In this document: one piece after another, positions 55,307-58,711 of the stretch
Layout of the letters: each line of letters opens with the position of its first letter
Numbering within the stretch: the stretch's first letter is position 1
Origin: a virus
Lineage: Duplodnaviria; Caudoviricetes
Length of the DNA stretch: 58,711 bases
Reading direction: 5' to 3' (one strand)
IMG/VR virus record: IMGVR_UViG_3300049033_000019
Location: 1-58,711 of that record
The notes under the pieces: model-generated
Told to the model about the DNA's origin: nothing
Seen by the model: only the letters and a program-made list of their open reading frames with translations
The model's database searches: none
Program-made: the position numbers and the translations under genes

Positions 55307-55382
55307 TCTAATCAGGTCCATTCGACATGTCACGCCGTATCCCGACTAGTCAAGTCACCTCCACCCGTGGCGACTAACCAAG
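55280..55382 (+). repeat. Pentamer-register array E (2 full units plus terminal anchor)
   Basis: CGAC at 55280, 55323, 55371 (43, 48); 15/15 pentamers have C at position 2. Confidence 0.85.
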
Positions 55383-55389
55383 GGGACAA

Positions 55390-55428
55390 AAAAAGGCCCC
55401 GTACCTGATACAGGTACGGGGCCTTTTT
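55390..55428. terminator. Bidirectional intrinsic terminator
   Basis: AAAAAGGCCCCGTACCTG-ATA-CAGGTACGGGGCCTTTTT between convergent genes. Confidence 0.85.
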
Positions 55429-55475
55429 CCTGTCCACCCCTGGACACATTAACCACGTGAATGGCGGTAACTATG

Positions 55476-56216
55476 CTACAGGGTGGCGGTGGCCGGTTGT
55501 CCGGTTCCGTTGGTGGCACGTTGCGTCTTCTTCAGCCTGCTGACCTCAGTGGCGGTGTACGCCTCTGTGGTCCCAGCCCTGGTCGCGATGTCCTTGACCG
55601 AGGCCCACGGCATGTCCATGAAGGCCATGGCGATGCGCTCGCGGCCGTTCAGCGGCTTCTCCGGGGCCACCTTCGCGTCCTCCTTGGCACTGGCGGACAG
55701 GTCCATGGCTGCGATCTTCTCCTCCATGTTGCGGATAAAGATCATGACCTCCAGCACGCTGAGAGAGCCCACGAGCATGAAGGCGTCGATCGCCCCAGGC
55801 AACATGATGGCCTGGAGGTGGTCACCTCCGTACGTCTCAAGGGCGCTCCGCTGGTGCCGGAACGAGGTCACTACAGTCACGGTGGCGATGGTGAACATCG
55901 CCAGGATCCGCAGGCCAGTAGCCCAGTACCGGAGGCTGTACCACTTCAACCCCGCTGGGGGCAGTGGGATCCGGCTGATGGCCTCGAACGCTCCCAGGAG
56001 GAGGATCGGGGCGAGGAGGGCGATGGCGACTCGGATGGGCAGTGGTTGTCCCACCGCCGCCTTACTGACAGCGTGAAGCACGTTCCCACCGGCCGAGGTA
56101 ACGAATCCGAAGATGATCATTCCTCGACAGGCCCATAGCACATTGATGAATACGTCAAGCTTCTGTTGCGCACGCTCCCTCGGGGTCTTGGGCAGCGGCT
56201 TCCTTTTGAATAGCAT
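55476..56216 (-). CDS. DUF2637/SpdB-like membrane protein with C-terminal HTH
   Basis: S.GGNVLHA...AP..LL..FE...SF.H...P..IDA.M; C-terminal SVKDIATRAGTTEAY. Confidence 0.7.
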   Translation of the reverse strand: MLFKRKPLPKTPRERAQQKLDVFINVLWACRGMIIFGFVTSAGGNVLHAVSKAAVGQPLPIRVAIALLAPILLLGAFEAISRIPLPPAGLKWYSLRYWATGLRILAMFTIATVTVVTSFRHQRSALETYGGDHLQAIMLPGAIDAFMLVGSLSVLEVMIFIRNMEEKIAAMDLSASAKEDAKVAPEKPLNGRERIAMAFMDMPWASVKDIATRAGTTEAYTATEVSRLKKTQRATNGTGQPATATL

Positions 56217-56303
56217 GAGGTTCCCTCCTTAAAGGGCTAAAAAAGGTGATTGGTCCGGTTTACGGGGGCATGAAGCCGCGTCCGTCATTCACCGGTAAAA
56301 GTA

Positions 56304-56332
56304 AGAGTAGCTCAGGGAGGGGTCCCTGTCAA
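56304..56332 (-). promoter_or_regulatory. Promoter with shared operator in spacer
   Basis: TTGACA-17-TACTCT; spacer GGGACCCCTCCCTGAGC. Confidence 0.7.
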
Positions 56333-56333
56333 G

Positions 56334-56407
56334 TGGCCAGGGTCAGTTTCGAACTGACACCCTGCGGATTATGAGTCCGCTGCTCTAACCTGTTGAGCTA
56401 CCTGGCC
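56334..56407 (-). tRNA. tRNA with CAT anticodon (Ile2-like or elongator Met)
   Basis: GGCCAGG TA GCTC AACAGGTTA GAGC A GCGGA CTCATAA TCCGC AGGGT GTCAG TTCGAAA CTGAC CCTGGCC A. Confidence 0.92.
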
Positions 56408-56502
56408 TGATAGATGGGGAGAAGGACCAGTGTCAACAGCACGCCCAGCCAGCCCGGCGCGCTGATCCCTCTTCTTACCTGGCTGTCCAGCCCATCAACT
56501 GA

Positions 56503-56616
56503 TTACCTCCCAGGTGCCGGCACTGGTTTTGGAGCTGGGGCCGGCGCTGGCCTAGGTGGCGGGGGTGGTGGATTGTATGGAGGCCTTGGTGGGGGTGGAC
56601 TGGGTGGTCTACTCAT
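56503..56616 (-). CDS. 37-aa proline-rich peptide
   Basis: AAGGAGG RBS just upstream of ATG; MSRPPSPPPPRPPYNPPPPPPRPAPAPAPKPVPAPGR. Confidence 0.55.
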   Translation of the reverse strand: MSRPPSPPPPRPPYNPPPPPPRPAPAPAPKPVPAPGR

Positions 56617-56881
56617 GATCCTCCTTAAGTTAGAAGATCCCCTCCCGGTCGAGAGTCGGGAGGGGATCTTGCGTGGAACTTCGTTGGGAGCCCACACGTG
56701 GGGGACAGAGGTGTCGATCCTCGCTTTACACCCACGGATTGAGCCGCCCCAAGGGGCCTGGCGCTCGTTCCGTGGGGGTGCGCCGGCACTTCCCCCTCGG
56801 ATCCCGGGAGAGGTGAACGTGAACCCATCCGCCCCCGGGATCCTCACTTCAGCGGGCCTTCTCTTCCTGCTGGAGGACTCT

Positions 56882-56910
56882 AGTATACACACCCCTCCCT
56901 GTGATCACAA
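56882..56910 (-). promoter_or_regulatory. Promoter with shared operator in spacer
   Basis: TTGTGA-17-TATACT; spacer contains CAGGGAGGGGT. Confidence 0.65.
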
Positions 56911-57135
56911 GGGGTCTTCTGGGTCAGCCTTCCGCATACCGAGCGTGGCTTGAAAACCGGCCATGAAGGACAACCACATCGTGATCACCGAGATGGCGTT
57001 CAGGTTGCGCACCGAGTCCATCCAGAACACGAACGTGGCCACGCCCCAGACCATGGCGAGAACAGCCACCCCAGACCAGAACCACATCCAGAACACCCCG
57101 GAACCGAACCACCTGCTGGCACGGCTCCGGGGCAT
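56905..57135 (-). CDS. Small 2-TM membrane protein
   Basis: Trp-rich hydrophobic helices. Confidence 0.65.
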   Translation of the reverse strand: MPRSRASRWFGSGVFWMWFWSGVAVLAMVWGVATFVFWMDSVRNLNAISVITMWLSFMAGFQATLGMRKADPEDPL

Positions 57136-57153
57136 AAACCCACTGTAGGCGAA

Positions 57154-57345
57154 CTAGGTTCCAACGTAGCTGCCGAAGGCGCTGATGACGCCGTCAGGGT
57201 CGTCCAAGCTGGCTAGGACCCGGCGGAGGGCGTGCTCAATAACCGGCTTCATCTCAGTTGTGGGTCGGGTGGCATTCTGGATCAGTTCCAGAAGACTCTT
57301 GCCGCCCAGATCTGGGAGTAGATCAAACGATTCATCGGCAACCAT
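57154..57345 (-). CDS. FxSxx-COOH (FxsA-like) RiPP precursor-like peptide
   Basis: LPDLGGKSLLEL...HALRRVLASLDDPDGVISAFGSYVGT. Confidence 0.75.
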   Translation of the reverse strand: MVADESFDLLPDLGGKSLLELIQNATRPTTEMKPVIEHALRRVLASLDDPDGVISAFGSYVGT

Positions 57346-57525
57346 TCACTCAACGTAGGAACTAAAGGCGCTGATGACACCGTTTGGATCGTCAAGACTG
57401 GACAAGAGGCGGCCAAGAGCGGCAGATAGTTGCGACTTCACCTCCTCGGGCTCGTCGAGGATCACGCTGAGCTGTTCCCGGGACATGTCCGGTAGCGGGG
57501 CCCAGTCGTCCAGGTTGATGGCCAT
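57346..57525 (-). CDS. FxSxx-COOH (FxsA-like) RiPP precursor-like peptide, second copy (not in ORF track)
   Basis: Manual translation MAINLDDWAPLPDMSREQLSVILDEPEEVKSQLSAALGRLLSSLDDPNGVISAFSSYVE. Confidence 0.75.
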   Translation of the reverse strand: MAINLDDWAPLPDMSREQLSVILDEPEEVKSQLSAALGRLLSSLDDPNGVISAFSSYVE

Positions 57526-57640
57526 GGCCTAGTTGTAGACCCCCTGGTGTCAGAAGTCAGGCTCCAGCCTGTCCACTCTTGTCAACCGGCCCGAGCGGCC
57601 CCGGCCCCACGCCCCCCGGCTCTACAACAGTCGCCATAGC

Positions 57641-57883
57641 GCAAACTGTACCAGGGGCACAACTGGTTCTAGTAGTCTCGCCATTTCCCCTTCTTTTTTA
57701 TGTTTTTTCAGGCTCCCTTCTCTCTGTTTTTTCTGTTTTTTTCCCCGGGATCTGAAGCTACTAGCGCCACTTGTGCCTTATGAACAGTTTGCTGGGCGTT
57801 TTGCCCTGATCCTAGCCTGGAAAGGGGCCCGAAAAAGGCCCATGAAGCACAAACTGCTTCAGGGGCCTAAGTGGCACAACTAG
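57641..57883. other. Candidate replication origin (or packaging site)
   Basis: 35-bp imperfect inverted repeats (57641-57675, 57758-57792) flank an 82-bp T/C-rich tract; third degenerate copy at 57849-57883. Confidence 0.5.
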
Positions 57884-57909
57884 TCTCAGCCCTGTCTGGG
57901 CCAAGATCA

Positions 57910-58233
57910 TCAGGTCAGTGGGTCCTGCATCCGAGCCTCCAGCTCCCGCAACCCGGCCAACACCAGGTCCGCCTTCGCCACCAGCTCACCATCCGGCTGA
58001 TCCGACCCAGGAACAGGTTGATCAAGCCGATACAGCCGCGCCAACCGGTCACAGACCCTGATCCCAGCCTCAATGAAGCGAGGATCGGGCTTACCAACCT
58101 CACCGGTGGCATGCGGCTGGCACACCGACCAGAGCTGTTCGTAGCGTTCCACCAGCAGGGCTCGGACCAGGGGGGCGGATTCGTGAATCTCCTCGTCCCG
58201 GATACCGCGCTGCGGGGTCAACTCCTGGGTCAT
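57910..58233 (-). CDS. Possible terminase small subunit-like protein
   Basis: ERYEQLW...G...IRVCDRLARLYRLDQP resembles the R..LLGLD.P motif of actinophage TerS-like proteins. Confidence 0.5.
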   Translation of the reverse strand: MTQELTPQRGIRDEEIHESAPLVRALLVERYEQLWSVCQPHATGEVGKPDPRFIEAGIRVCDRLARLYRLDQPVPGSDQPDGELVAKADLVLAGLRELEARMQDPLT

Positions 58234-58711
58234 GGGCACAGTGTCCAAACATGCATATTGACATGCACAGTCATCAGCTAGAGCTGATACAGGGAAGGGT
58301 ACACGTACCGGCTGTGAAAACTGGACCCAGTCCAATGTTACATTGAAGAGGAGTCATGGACAGGTGAACGGGACAGGCAACCGAGCTGACTATGCGGCCG
58401 CCTGGACCATGATCATGATCATTCCGGTCGTGCCTGCCCCATGATCCTTGATCATGTACTGGTTAGGCTACACAGCGTGACATGGCACATAGGGCCATGG
58501 GGCCTGGGCAGGTGTCAAGATCACTGATCATGGTGCCTGGTATGGGGGACATGGGGCCTAGGTCTGGTACCTGGCCTATGTCCGGTATGGGGGCTGGGTC
58601 GAGCTAGGGCACCTGGACCCCTGGCCCCTGCCCCAGGGTGCCCATGAGCGGGCCGGGGGCAGGAGCCTGGGGCTGGGGTTCAGCGGGTCGACCGCCAGTC
58701 GTGGCGGGGCG

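Noticed and set aside
58380-58711. Repeat array at the right end (GATCAT and CATGGGGCCT-like words)
   Set aside because: Low-complexity and irregularly spaced with no definable unit; may be terminus-associated DNA, but this cannot be supported from the sequence.
1-58711. Integrase, attP or DNA polymerase gene
   Set aside because: No tyrosine or serine recombinase motifs and no family A/B/C polymerase motifs were recognised in any ORF; lifestyle remains undetermined.

Overview
This is a high-GC actinobacterial tailed-phage (siphovirus-like) genome, probably near complete. The host is inferred to be a filamentous actinomycete, based on the DUF397, I36-type and FxSxx-COOH genes and HrdB-like promoters. 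Layout: (1) 1-12.3 kb (+), small accessory genes (SLOG/YspA, SPFH, RusA, HNH-like, DUF397, two secreted I36/crystallin-like proteins, tRNA-fMet) and a solo Cas7/RAMP-like gene at 3702-4433. (2) 12.4-48.1 kb (-), late operon: TerL, portal, MuF, protease, a 1889-aa polyvalent protein, capsid, tail, a six-enzyme glycosylation cassette and lysis genes. (3) 48.3-55.3 kb (+), replication: HTH, PD-(D/E)XK nuclease, SSB-like, prim-pol/helicase and two ParB-like genes. (4) 55.4-58.7 kb (-): tRNA(CAT), two FxSxx-COOH precursor-like peptides, a candidate origin and a TerS-like gene. No integrase was seen. The main finding is the RAMP gene together with at least seven dispersed non-CRISPR arrays. Each unit is a (C/T)GAC-NNN anchor followed by 4-8 pentamers of the form N-C-N-N-N, with unit length close to 8+5n nt. 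One array lies directly upstream of the RAMP gene, one has its own promoter antisense to the late operon, and one is written in frame inside the primase gene. This is a candidate RNA-guided or RNA-scaffolded system with a 5-nt register. Other findings: two perfect parS palindromes inside the portal gene, a shared operator in five promoter spacers, and orphan FxsA-like peptides. All homology calls come from motif recognition by eye; no database searches were run.
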